Source: the human T2T-CHM13v2.0 reference genome, Homo sapiens
DNA: 64,000 nt
Strand: one strand, 5' to 3'
NCBI RefSeq assembly: GCF_009914755.1
Contig: NC_060928.1
Below, in pieces: positions 1-15,997 of this stretch. Position 1 is the stretch's first letter. Each line of letters starts with the position of its first letter. The notes under the pieces were generated by a model. The model searched no databases. It worked only from the letters and a program-made list of their open reading frames with translations, and was not told the origin of the DNA. The position numbers and the translations under genes were made by a program.

Positions 1-129
1 ATTGAGTTCATTGCTCTGAGCAGCAATTATTATATTAGTCAAAAAAGTTTAAACTTTGTTTGTTTGTTTGTTTTTAAATACTGAGGTATCTTTTTTTATT
101 TACACCATCTTGGACACCAAATTGTTTTT

Positions 130-652
130 CTTTTTTTTAAAAAAAACTTTAGTTTTAAGTTCAGGGTTACATGTGCAGGTTTGTTAACATAGGTAAACTT
201 GTGTCATGGGGGGTTGTTGTACAGATTACTTCATCAGCCAGTTATTAAGCCTAGTACCCACTGCTTTTTTGTCCTGATCCTCTCCCTCCTCCTACCCTCC
301 ACCCTCCAATAGACCCCAGTGTGTGTTGTTCCACTCTACGTGTCCATGTGTTCTCATTATTTAGCTCCCACTTATAAATAAGAACATCTGGTATTTGGTT
401 TTCTGTTCTCATGTTAGTTTGCTAAGGATAATGGCCTCCAGCTCCATTCATGTCCCTGCAAAGGACATGATCTTTTTCTTTTTTATGGCTGCATAGTTTT
501 CCATAGGGTATATGTATCACATTTTCTTTATCTAGTCTATTATTTGATGGGCATTTAGCTTGATTCCATGTATTTGCTATTCTGTATAGTGTTGCAGTAA
601 ACATACACATGCATGTGTCTTTATAAAAGAATGATTTAAACTTATTGGGTAG
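130..652 (-). mobile_element. 5'-truncated L1 3' end (older L1PA, about PA13-16)
   Basis: T-rich tail at ~130-150, L1 3'UTR (TTTAGCTCCCACTTATAA...), ORF2 C-terminal residues FYKDTCMCMF in ORF 422..661. Confidence 0.85.
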
Positions 653-1839
653 TTGTTTCAAGAGAATGAATATCCCACACCATTTACCTAAGAAAATGCC
701 AGATTTTAAATTAAACTAAGTGTAAATTCTATATGGACATGGGGTAAGTATAACAGGAACTTAACTTCCCATTCCTGCTGAGAAAATGTTTACATTGGTA
801 ATGTCCGGCAAGATAGAGAGAGAGGCAGAATTCCTTATTTACTACATGTGTCACCTGTTAGTAAATGCAGACAAATTGTAAATTTATAAACTATCCTAAT
901 AAGTGAAATTGTAATTAATATTTACAGATTAAATAATGTATTTAGGGAGAAGTCTCAATAAACATGAGCTGTTATTATTTCCTTTTTAGTGTAAGACCTC
1001 ATGGAATTAAAGCAGAAGTGAAACACCTTTTATTCTGTAGTCTATGAGGCTTAGTTTCGTATATTAGTATACAAGGCGATTTTATATTTGAAATGTCAGA
1101 AAACTTTCATATTCATACATCTTCTTTCCACGACTATTTAGCTGCTTGTTTACTAATGTGTACAGAGCAAAATGGATGGAATGCCAGGGGAGAACTCCAA
1201 CTATCTCACTGGTTAAAGTTCCAAACATTAATTCTCCTGAAATTCACACAGCAACTGAAATGGCCTCTTCTATAAATAATGCCCTGCTTCCTGGTACTTC
1301 TATCATTTACAGCTGATAGTAGCAAGAGCAATCACAGCACATTATTTCTTAATCCCCCCTAAACGCCTTATCTATACATAAATCCTCTGAGTCCTGGAAG
1401 AATCTTTTATTGACCCTCCAAGACTTTTATTGCCATCTCTTTCTTTTTTTAATTGCCTCTTTTTCCTCCTCCTCCTTCTATACCTAAATCCATGATCTGA
1501 AAAAGGAGTTACAATTTTCATTTTTTAGGTAATGATGTATATATAGTTTCCTTCCCATCATGCTGTCAGGGTTGTAGGAAAGCAAAGATTCCCTGTTTTG
1601 AAAAGTCAACCTGAGAAAATGAATCACTGGACCGATGAAAGGTCTGTTGAGGACAATCAGCGCCTTTCCTCTTAGCTATCAGTTAACAATGACACCTAGT
1701 CCTTAGCATTTACTCAGTATAGAATAAAGATCGTTAACTATTTTATTACTAATACTTTCATCCCTGTAGACTTCCCAGCCCCCTGACTTTCTGTTCACTC
1801 TTCTCTTTATCTCTCTCTTCTTCCTTTTATCTTGGTCAT

Positions 1840-4919
<3,080 letters not shown>

Positions 4920-4982
4920 TATGATGTTAGCTGGTGATTTTGCTCATTAGTTGATGCAGTTTCTTCCTAGTCTCGATGGTCT

Positions 4983-5297
4983 TTACATTTTGGCATGATT
5001 TTGCAGCGGCTGGTACCGGTTGTTCCTTTCCATGTTTAGCGCTTCCTTCAGGAGCTCTTTTAGGGCAGGCCTGGTGGTGACAAAATCTCTCAGCATTTGC
5101 TTGTCTATAAAGTATTTTATTTCTCCTTCACTTATGAAGCTTAGTTTGGCTGGATATGAAATTCTGGGTTGAAAATTCTTTTCTTTAAGAATGTTGAATA
5201 TTGGCCCCCACTCTCTTCTGGCTTGTAGGGTTTCTGCCGAGAGATCCGCTGTTAGTCTGATGGGCTTTCCTTTGAGGGTAACCCGACCTTTCTCTCT
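4983..5297 (-). pseudogene. L1 ORF1 C-terminal fragment
   Basis: REKGRVTLKGKPIRLTADLSAETLQARREW...QNHAKM*. Confidence 0.93.
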
Positions 5298-6157
5298 CGG
5301 GTTCATGTCCTTTGTAGGGACATGGATGAAATTGGAAACCATCATTCTCAGTAAACTATCGCAAGAACAAAAAACCAAACACCGCATATTCTCACTCATA
5401 GGTGGGAATTGAACAATGAGATCACATGGACACAGGAAGGGGAATATCACACTCTGGGGACTGTGGTGGGGTTGGGGGAGGGGGGAGGGATAGCATTGGG
5501 AGATATACCTAACGCTAGATGACACGTTAGTGGGTGCAGCGCACCAGCATGGCACATGTATACATATGTAACTAACTTGCACAATGTGCACATGTACCCT
5601 AAAACTTAGAGTATAATAAAAAAAAAAAAAAAAAAAAAGATTTCAGGAAGGCAAGAGAAAAATGCAGGTTTGTGGGTGAAAATGGTGATTCTTATTTGGG
5701 GATATTCTGTGTTTAAAGTTAATATAGTACATCTGGATGGCAAAAGAGAGAAGAGAGGGAGATGTCAAATTAGGAACCTTCACACCAGGGTTAATGACCA
5801 AGCTTACAGGAGCAAATAAGATTCTTCAGAAAGAGTCTCACACAAGAAGAGGGTCACTATTTATAGGGAAGGTAGAAGACATACCAAAAGGACAGGATGA
5901 GGAAAAAACAGCCAGAGAAGTAGAAGTAAGGATGGATCCAAGAAAAAGGTGTATAGTCAACTCTCTCTTCTCCTCTACAGCTTAATTCTTCTGTTGCTCT
6001 TGTTCTTTGAAGGCACAAGATCATCCAGATCAGACAAGATTGATAGTGAACATTTTGTTTATTTTCCTTTATCAACTCTAAGCAAAGTTGAATCACTAAG
6101 GAATTTAATAACAGCTAATGAGCAAACCCCACATTATTCATTAAAGTATTTAGCAGG

Positions 6158-6706
6158 ATGAGGATGCAAAGGCATAAAAATGATATAATGGACTTTGGGA
6201 GCCAGGCGAGGTGGCTCATGCCTGCAATCCCAGCATTTTGGGAGACCGAGGTGGGTGGATCACTTTGAGCTCAGGAGTTAGAGGCCAGCCTGGACAATGT
6301 AGCAAAAGCCTGTCTCTGTTAAAAATACCACAATTAGCTGGGCGTGGAGTCACATGCCTGTAATCCCAGTTACTCAGGAGGCTGAGGCAGGAGAATCTCT
6401 TGCACCCAGGAGGCAGAGGTTGCAGTGAGTAGAGATCATACCACTGTACTCTAGCCTGGGCAACAGAATGAGACTCCCTCTCAAAAAAAAAAAAAAAAAA
6501 AAAAAAGCAAAAAAAAAGAAAAGAAAAGCAGGATTTTGGGGACTCACGAGGGAAGATCGGGACGGAGTAAGAGGTAAAAGACTATGTAATGCGTACACTG
6601 TACACTGCTTGGGTGATTACTGCACAGAAATCTCAGTAATCACCACTGAAGAACTTATCCATGTAACCAGAAACCACCTGTACCCCCAAAAAACTATTAA
6701 AATAAA
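6158..6706 (+). mobile_element. L1PB-type 3' end interrupted by an Alu
   Basis: GATGCAAAGGCATAA...GACTTTGGG, then ...AAATCTCAGTAATCACCACTGAAGAACTTATCCATGTAACC...AATAAA. Confidence 0.75.
6199..6528 (+). mobile_element. Alu (J or old S)
   Basis: Dimeric Alu with long A tail; GGACTTTGGG/GGATTTTGGG flanking duplication. Confidence 0.92.
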
Positions 6707-9474
6707 AGTAATATATTTAGCATGTAAAAGAAACAGAATTGCTAAAGGAATAAAAATAAAGGACATAGTTTACTTACTACTTCCAGCTTCTGTAGCTCAC
6801 CATCGGAAGTTTTACACTGAAGAGTTTAGAACCAGAACTGGCTCAGTCTATGGAAATTTATCTACACTATGGCCAGTTGTTCACATTAAAGTCATTTATC
6901 CCAAAGTAGATCACCTGGGCTTCAGCTAGCAGGACACTCATGGAAGGCACTCATAAATGAACATGGAATTCATTCCATACACTCTGAGCAGCTAGATTTC
7001 TCATCTTTTGTGCTTGTTTTCCTGAGGAAAAAAATATCTTTTGGGGGGAAAATTTCTATTTTTTTGCAGCTATTGATGTTTCATGGTCTACATTAATAAT
7101 GTTTTAAGGCAAAATTCATATTTCTTATTTTGAATACCTTGACAAAAATTCAGTCTGACTTTTTTCTGTACCCTTTTTGAAATTAGAGGTGATTCTAGGC
7201 ACAAATATCTAGTGTATGGATGAAGGGTGTTTTGTGAGAATTTTACACTACTTGCACGTAGCAGACTATGGAGCAAAAAGCCAGCTTCAGTGCTATTAGT
7301 GTTAGACCATTTACATGTTATTTCTCAGTGTTTTGTTTCTAGGCTGCCTACCTGATAATATGGAAATTTAATGCCAGATCTCAAAACCTGTCTGAAAGAT
7401 TTATAGGTCATTTCTCTGTTTCAGAGGTTGTTTATAGATCTCACTGTTTGTAGTGATCAATTACGTTAATTCCATGGTAGAGGGTACTTCGCCATAAAGT
7501 TAATGGCTTCAGTGACTAAATGCAGAAGAATAATTACTTTATTGAAACAAAAACACAAGAACAGAAAGAACTACCAGTCCTAAGTAAACCCATATTTGTT
7601 GATACCAAGTATTGCTAAACAAACAGAAAATTTGGTGGGATATTTAAACTCAATTTCTATGTTTTAATGAAAGGATGCAGTTGCAACAGAAGTACCTGAT
7701 GTAGTTTAACTTTTTGATTTTAGGAAGCCAACATTATTTTGCAATCTATCCAGTTAATATTACTTTTTTATGTTTACGATTAGTTTTTAAGTAGTTCTGT
7801 ATTACTATATTATCTTAAAAGATTTCTCTTCTTCCCTGATCTTGAATAAAACTGCCATTTATATCTCCTGTGGCCATATCCTACCAAAAAAACAATACTT
7901 CTTTTGTTTTAAACCTTTTCTGCAATCCCATGCTGGGAATCCTAGCCTCCTTAAGTCTCTTCTTATAGTGTCGTAGAATTTCTTTGTAGAAGTGGCTAAT
8001 GGGTAGAATATACTGTATTTAGAAGAGGATGCTGGATTCTTCTTCTTGAAGTTTCACTTGGATAGCAAACACTGTACATTTATTTAATTGCTCATTTATT
8101 TGGGAGAGATAGGGCTAAATCTATATCCAAGACACTTACCCCTTTTACTGCCTCCCTCTTCTACTGATGCTCAGAGGCCGTAGCAGTGTTTCATGCTTGC
8201 ATTTCAATTGTCCTCTCAGCCCCCAATATTGCAATAGTCATTCTTTCTGTTTGGGGAGCCTCTGTTGAATGTCCCATAAATGTGATATTCTGTCTCATTT
8301 CTCTCTTTGAATGTAGATTGGTCTGGGTTGCTGCTCAAGACATTCTGTTATTTTCATAACCTATCATGCTCCCATAGTAGAGCACATATTTATACCCCGT
8401 GAGCACTGGCTATAAAGTGTCAGTCTCTGACAAACATGGAGTTTGGTTTAAAAAATCTCTTTTAGACTTCATCCTGTCTTTATTGCAACTTTTTCACCTT
8501 GGGCATTGCACGTGCAGCATACTGAGAACTTTATGAGTAAAAGGTACTGCCCACTACAACCACATGGGCCTTCTTTCTTTGTCAGCAGTTAGCCATTCCC
8601 ATGAAAAGACTTGAATGTCCCACTGTCTCTTCCCATAGGATGAGTTCTTGAAAGGCTATAAAATGATGCATCAAATCATTCCCAGCCTGGCCCTGCTCTT
8701 TGCCTCAATGCTGGTGTGAACACTGATCTGTTGTCAAGCAGAAGCACCAACCACCTCAAGGAAATATTAAATCAAAAGACAAATGTGAAGGAAAAATCAC
8801 TCCACAGTCTGCACACAAATATATTTTGTTTTGCTTATTCACTTGTTTATCTACTTTAAAAAATATATGAATGTACTGAATTTCCTTCACTCATATGTGA
8901 TCCCAAAAGATTATCTGGTTCAGTCACCTGTTGATGGGAAAATGTTAAGGCATTATTTATTATTGTTATTATTATTATTACTACTAATTTCTAAAAAAGA
9001 AGCAACTGACTTTCTGATACAAGTCATAATTTACAAGTATTCAAATATCTAAAGAAATGGAGACAAAAAGCTCACAGAAAATTAAAAGGGCTATGAAGCC
9101 AGCTGAACGCTGAAGCCAGCAGCTTTACAGTTCTGTCTCCCCATGGCTCTCATATTGCTGCCTTTCTTACTCTTTTATTTATTTCTCCCCTTCTTGTTCT
9201 TTCTCATTTATCTTCCTTTTTCTTTATTTATGACATTTTCCCATTGCTTATTGCATCTTCCCAGGTATTTCCAATTTTCCTTCTTTTATTTTTCAATGGA
9301 TGGGCAGTCATAGCTTAGCAGTATCAGATAAGTGAGGGAAAGAAGGAAGCAAGCAAGGGGGGAGATAAAGTGGTGGGTGTGTGCACGCAAATGTGTGGCT
9401 GCGTCCATTGTGAGTTGAGTGGGAGGTAAGGATGGAGCTGGGATACATGTTTCCTGTATAGAAATTTACCTCTA

Positions 9475-9546
9475 ATACACACATATATATATATATACAC
9501 ACATATATATACACACACATATATGTGTATATATATATATATATAA
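9475..9546. repeat. (TA)n/(CA)n microsatellite
   Basis: Dinucleotide runs read directly. Confidence 0.9.
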
Positions 9547-10218
9547 TTATTTTTTTATTGGTTAGGATGTTTTTGTGGGGAGGGGAGACTTTGGAAGGTC
9601 ACTAAATGAAATTGTCTCCAAAAGTACTGAATTGCTACTAGCTCCTTTGGAATGCCTTCTTATTAACTATTATTATTTTATTATTATTATTAAGCCAACT
9701 CTTCCAATTCTTGTTGGAAAAACAGCCAATAGAAAACAGAACCATCTCCATCTCATACATGGAGAAGGTAAGCTGAAAGGAGTTTCAGCGACTTCCCTGT
9801 GGAATGTGACTGTTAGTCAACAGTGGTTTCTTCCTCTCCCTTAGCGTAGATCACTAGCAGCTTCATGCCTAAACTAGGGTGCATACAGGCTCTTAGACAC
9901 GTATTTATATCCATACTCTTCATTGATTAAAGAGCAAGATGACTGTCTCAGGCTGAAACTGATGAGATGCCTATTCTGAATAGAGTTAGTCTAGGATACA
10001 TTTATTTTAAGATCAAAACATGCATTTGGTAAATCATTTAAAAAGAAGGATGTCAGGCTGTGAGCATGAGTTAAGACTGACGCACTTTCAAACAACATTT
10101 AACCAGGATAGTTGAATAGCTGGCAGCATTGGGATTTTGTTGGTTTGCCACTTCTCTTAAGAAAATAAAAACATCCCCAAATCAGTTATTGATTCCAATA
10201 AGAATTACTGGGATTTAA

Positions 10219-10551
<333 letters not shown>

Positions 10552-11251
10552 TAAAGATATAAGTATATCAAGTTTTGCACTTAAAAAATTAATCAGATAC
10601 CTTTTCTGGGAATTTTTAAAGCACAAGCTAATGAGTAATGTCTTCAAGGTAAAAACTATTTTAGTTTTGGGAAATCTGTATTTTGTAAAGAAAAAATATT
10701 TGAAGGGAATAAAAGGATCTACATTAGATAGATAGCTTGAAATGCATTTACAGAATGCAAATTTAAAAAGAACAAAACCATATGGGTAACCAAAATAGAA
10801 ATTTAGCTCCCTTGCAGACAAGGTCAGTTAATCAGTAAATGACTTTGTGCTATAAACAATGCTCAGTAGTACCTTTTAGATCCTAGTGTTGCTTTACCCA
10901 CACATTTCCAGAGGTCACTAATTCTTTTCTTTACTTTTATATGAATATTTTTATTACGTAGAAACAGAATCACCAAGGACAAATAAGGTAGATACATTAT
11001 TTTAATAGGCAATGGGTGTTAAGATAGAATTCACTGATAATGAAGTGAGATTGCAATGCAGCAAAAATTACAAGCTCTGGAGACAAAATATACTTTGAGA
11101 TATCATCTGGTCAACTCCCAAGTAATATTAAACCGAAACCAAACAGTAAATTTGTAAGTGTAGCTTCTTTCCAGTGCTGTTCAAAACCCCAAACAACCTT
11201 GAACTTCAGTATCTCCATCTGTATTATGTAATAGCATTTAAAAGTAATTCA

Positions 11252-11380
11252 GGCTGAGCATGGTGGCTCACCCCTGTTATCCCAACACTTTGGGAAGCAG
11301 AGGCAAGGGGATGACTTGAGCCTAAGAGTTTGAAACCAGCCTGGGCAATGTAGGGAGAGACCTAGTCTCAATAAAAAGTA
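11252..11380 (+). mobile_element. Alu monomer (FLAM-like)
   Basis: Left-arm-only sequence with short A tail; perfect TSD AAAAGTAATTCA at 11240-11251 and 11381-11392. Confidence 0.85.
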
Positions 11381-11941
11381 AAAAGTAATTCATATTCATT
11401 AAGATAATACAAAATGTGATGAAGCTCAAATAATAAAGCTATTCACAGAATAAGATTACAAAGATATTTGTGGAGTAATATCTACTATGTTCTACAACAT
11501 TAAGATGGCTAATATAACAAAGAAACCAGAGGAACAAAAATAATTTGTATATTAAAATGTTTATGCTGTCAACCTGTGGTGCAAAGTAAAATTGAAGTAA
11601 TCAGAAAGTATAATAATGTATTTATAACAGATATCTGACTATGTCTACCTGCTAATCTATATATTTGCATATTCTTAATATCAATTATTATTATCAACAT
11701 CAATATTATCAATTATCAATATCAGTATTCTATCAGTATATGTTCTCCCCACCACTATTCAGGGAGTATCTGACAGTGTTGGCCAATCATTTCAGCTGAC
11801 AGCTTGTGAAGGGATAGAGTATGTGGCAAACACAAATAGTATGCATTTACAGGAAAAACTAAGTAATATACAGAATTTAAAGATGCCTTATCCTGCAGGT
11901 CATTTTTAATACATATACTTTTTTCAGATAGAAGAGCATTC

Positions 11942-12211
<270 letters not shown>

Positions 12212-13293
12212 GGGAAGACCGTTCTTCGCACCACAAAGGCAAGGGATTCTCCTGGAAATCAGAAATGTTGAAACTGGGCTTCCAGGGCTGGTGGTTTTGC
12301 GTTGAACACAATCAATCTTCCAAGTTCCACTCATGTTTGAACTCCACACTGTTGACTGTTCTCTTGCAATAGCAGAAAAGGATGGGTTCTTTTAGAAGGA
12401 TAAACTGATATAACGTCATGGCCACACAACTGATGCTGTCTTAGTCACCATATCCAGACTGGCAGATGTTCAATTTATTGGTCCACTTAAAATTTTAGTT
12501 AAAGTGAGAAACTGTGAAGTGATACATACATAACATAGATATTTTATATCAATTTGAAACATTTAATTATATATGCACTGGCCAATTTTGATGTGAGACC
12601 AAGCTCTTTTCTTTAAGTAGGGATTGAATGATTGGTGTTCTCCTTCACTTCACTCATACTTTCTATTCTGTTTGGTACTAGAAATATATTAGAAAAAAAT
12701 AAGAAAAACAAATGATTTACCAATCTGAGTTGCAGACTAATCAGAGACCTGCCTTCATTTTAACTTGCTGTAACTCCCTTATATTAAAGGAGAAGTAGCA
12801 AGAAAGTTATGGTGATTTGTTTCTAGTTAGTATTCATTATGGAAGCCCAAGAGGGAAAACAAACAAACAAACAACAAAAAAAAAAAACTGACAAAACCAT
12901 AAGAAATGTCATCTCTCATATTCTAATTGCCTACCACATAGTAGACCAGTAGGACATTTGATGTTGGGTGTTCAGAATTTTACATGATATTTTAGAATCT
13001 TAAATATGACAACATATTGAAAACTTGAGTAGGATCAATAACATATGTTAGGCTATAGTTTGCCTTCTTGGGAGGTACATTTTATTTACTCAGAGCTTGA
13101 GATCATACATGGGAAAGTTGCTAAATGACATAACTTACCAATTGCTTCACCCTCTTTATTGTAATACTTATACTCCAAGAATGTTCAACTTGCAACCAAG
13201 GGGTAATTTATTTGCCATACAGAAAGTAAATATTTATTGTAGCTTTACTAACCAGAAGAGATGGTCTGGTCTGTTGGCAATCTATCTGCCACA

Positions 13294-13661
13294 TTTTTTT
13301 TTGTTTTTTTTTACTTTAAGTTCTGGATACATGTGCTGAACATGCAGGTTTGTTGCATAGGTATACATGTGTCATGGTGGTTTGCTGCACCTATCAACCC
13401 GTCATCAAGGTTTTAAGCCCCGCATGCATTAGGTATTTGTTCTAATGCTCTCCCTCCCCTTGCACTCCACCCCCCAACAGGCCTTGGTATGTGATGGTCC
13501 CCTCCCTGAGTCCATGTGTTCTCATTGTTCAGCTCCCACTTATGAGTGAGAACATGCAGTGTTTGGTTTTCTGTTCTTGTGTGAGTTTGCTGAGAATGAT
13601 GGCTTCCAGCTTCATCCATATCCCTGCAAAGGACATGAACTCATTCTTTTTTATGGCTGCG
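13294..13661 (-). mobile_element. L1PA7/8 3' end
   Basis: TTTAAGCCCCGCATGCATTAGG 3'UTR motif; flanking TATCTG(C/T)CACA duplication. Confidence 0.85.
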
Positions 13662-14003
13662 TATCTGTCACACTTTAAATGGTATTTGGGTGATAGTGAC
13701 TGAACCCTATTCTTCATGGCAAATTTAATATGTCAAACCACCATTGTGGTAGAGACCCCTGAAGATGTTTAAAATCTCTATAAAGATCAGATAGGGCGCA
13801 GACTAACAACTAGAGCCTACAGATCTATGGCATTTAGAGACTGTATTTTCTTTCCCAAGAAGTTTGTTTCCAAATGGTTGCATTGAGTGGACCCAGTGCC
13901 TTTACACTTCCCCATTCCATTGCAAATTGATACAACACCATAGTTCCCTGTCTCAAATAACCTTCCAGCTTTTAAGTGACCACTCATATTTAAGGTTGGC
14001 TGA

Positions 14004-14389
<386 letters not shown>

Positions 14390-15581
14390 ACAAGATGCAA
14401 CCACAGTTTTGAAATTCAATGAAAACTTAAAAGTTACTAGTTGAAGTTAACCTCAGGTTTGGTAAAGGTATTAACTGTTCTGTTCTATATCCTCATTTTC
14501 TTTTTGTATTTTTTCTCCAGCAAACAGATTATTTTTATGTATATTTTAAGAATAACCAACTGAGAATGGAATTGGAAAATATTTCTGCTTCTGAAATACT
14601 GTCAAGATCAAAAGCACTGTGTTGAGTTTTTTCTTAAATGAGAAATTTTACACACTTCTATACTTCATATTAGGAAGGGAACAAGGTCAAAGAATTTTTC
14701 TACTTAACTGAACACTTTGATCTTTGGTCAAAAATATCTAAAATCTAAAAAAATTTTCTGATAAATGCTAGACCTGTAGCAGCACTAAGATCACTGGTTT
14801 ATATTAGATTTGATTTTACTGCAGCTTAGCTATTGCAATTTAAAGCTGAGCTTTTAGTTTTTTTGTTTGTATTAAAAATCTTATAGTTTGTTCACCCAAG
14901 AGCTCTTATATTATTATATGGCAGTTATATTTTGATATGTTTTTCCCAGAATCTAATGACACTGATGGTTTCATTTAAAAGCTGTAAAAATTATACTAAA
15001 TTAACCATATAAAAATATACTTCAAATTTCCATTAGCAGCATAAAGCTGCTACAATGTACAACTCTAAAACTGTTTCAGTTTAAAGCATTCTTTATATAT
15101 ATATAAAAAGGATATTTAAAACACTAAAATTACTTTAGAGCTTTAAAAAATATATTATTTTGTAGGCTATATCCTTAGAGATTCTGATACACTTGATCTG
15201 AATTGGACCCAGACACCCCAATTGTTTAAAATCTTCCCTCAGATAATTTTTATGTGCACTGCAGACATTAGTATAATATAGTGACTGGCATGAAAATCAA
15301 TATTTCCCAAAATATATTCCATAAAACACAAGTCTTTTGAGATGATTTGCAAAGAAAAGTTTCATAAGGAAGTATGTAAGGGATTCTCTGTATATTTTCC
15401 TTTCTTGAGTTTTAACATTTCTAAATATGAAGACTCTGGGAAGTCCTGCAGAGGGGGAAATTAAAAAAAAGAAACTTTATCTTGTTTTAACCTATAGTAT
15501 TTCACATGTATTTCATTCTGGACAACTTTTGATCATGTGCAATCTCTAATTAGGCCATGAAGCCTATTTTTCCAAGAATGT

Positions 15582-15997
15582 TGTATGAGGCCATTCTTGA
15601 ATTGCTGTAAGAAATAACTGAGACTGGATAATTTATAAGAAAAGAGGTTTAATTGGCTCATGGTCCTGCAGGCTATACAGGAAGCATAGCAGCATCTGCT
15701 TCTAAGGAGGCCTCAGGGAGCTTTTACTCATGGCAGAAAGTGAACCAGGAGCAGGCAGTTCACATGGTGAAAGCAGGAGCAAGAGAGAGAGAGAGAGTGG
15801 GGGATGGAGTGGAAGGTGCCACACACTTTTAAATAACTACATTTTTCTTTTGAGAACTCACTATCATGGAAACAGCACCAAGTTGTCAGATATCTGCGCC
15901 CATTATTGGAACACTTCCCTCTCAGTCCCCACCTCCAACATTGGGGATTGCAATTCAGCATGTGATCTGGGCAGAGACAAATATACAAACTATATCA
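15582..15997. mobile_element. MaLR solo LTR (MST-like)
   Basis: TG...CA termini, 5-bp TSD AATGT, GAGACTGG..AATTTATAAGAAAAGAGGTTTAATTGGCTCA motif. Confidence 0.88.
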
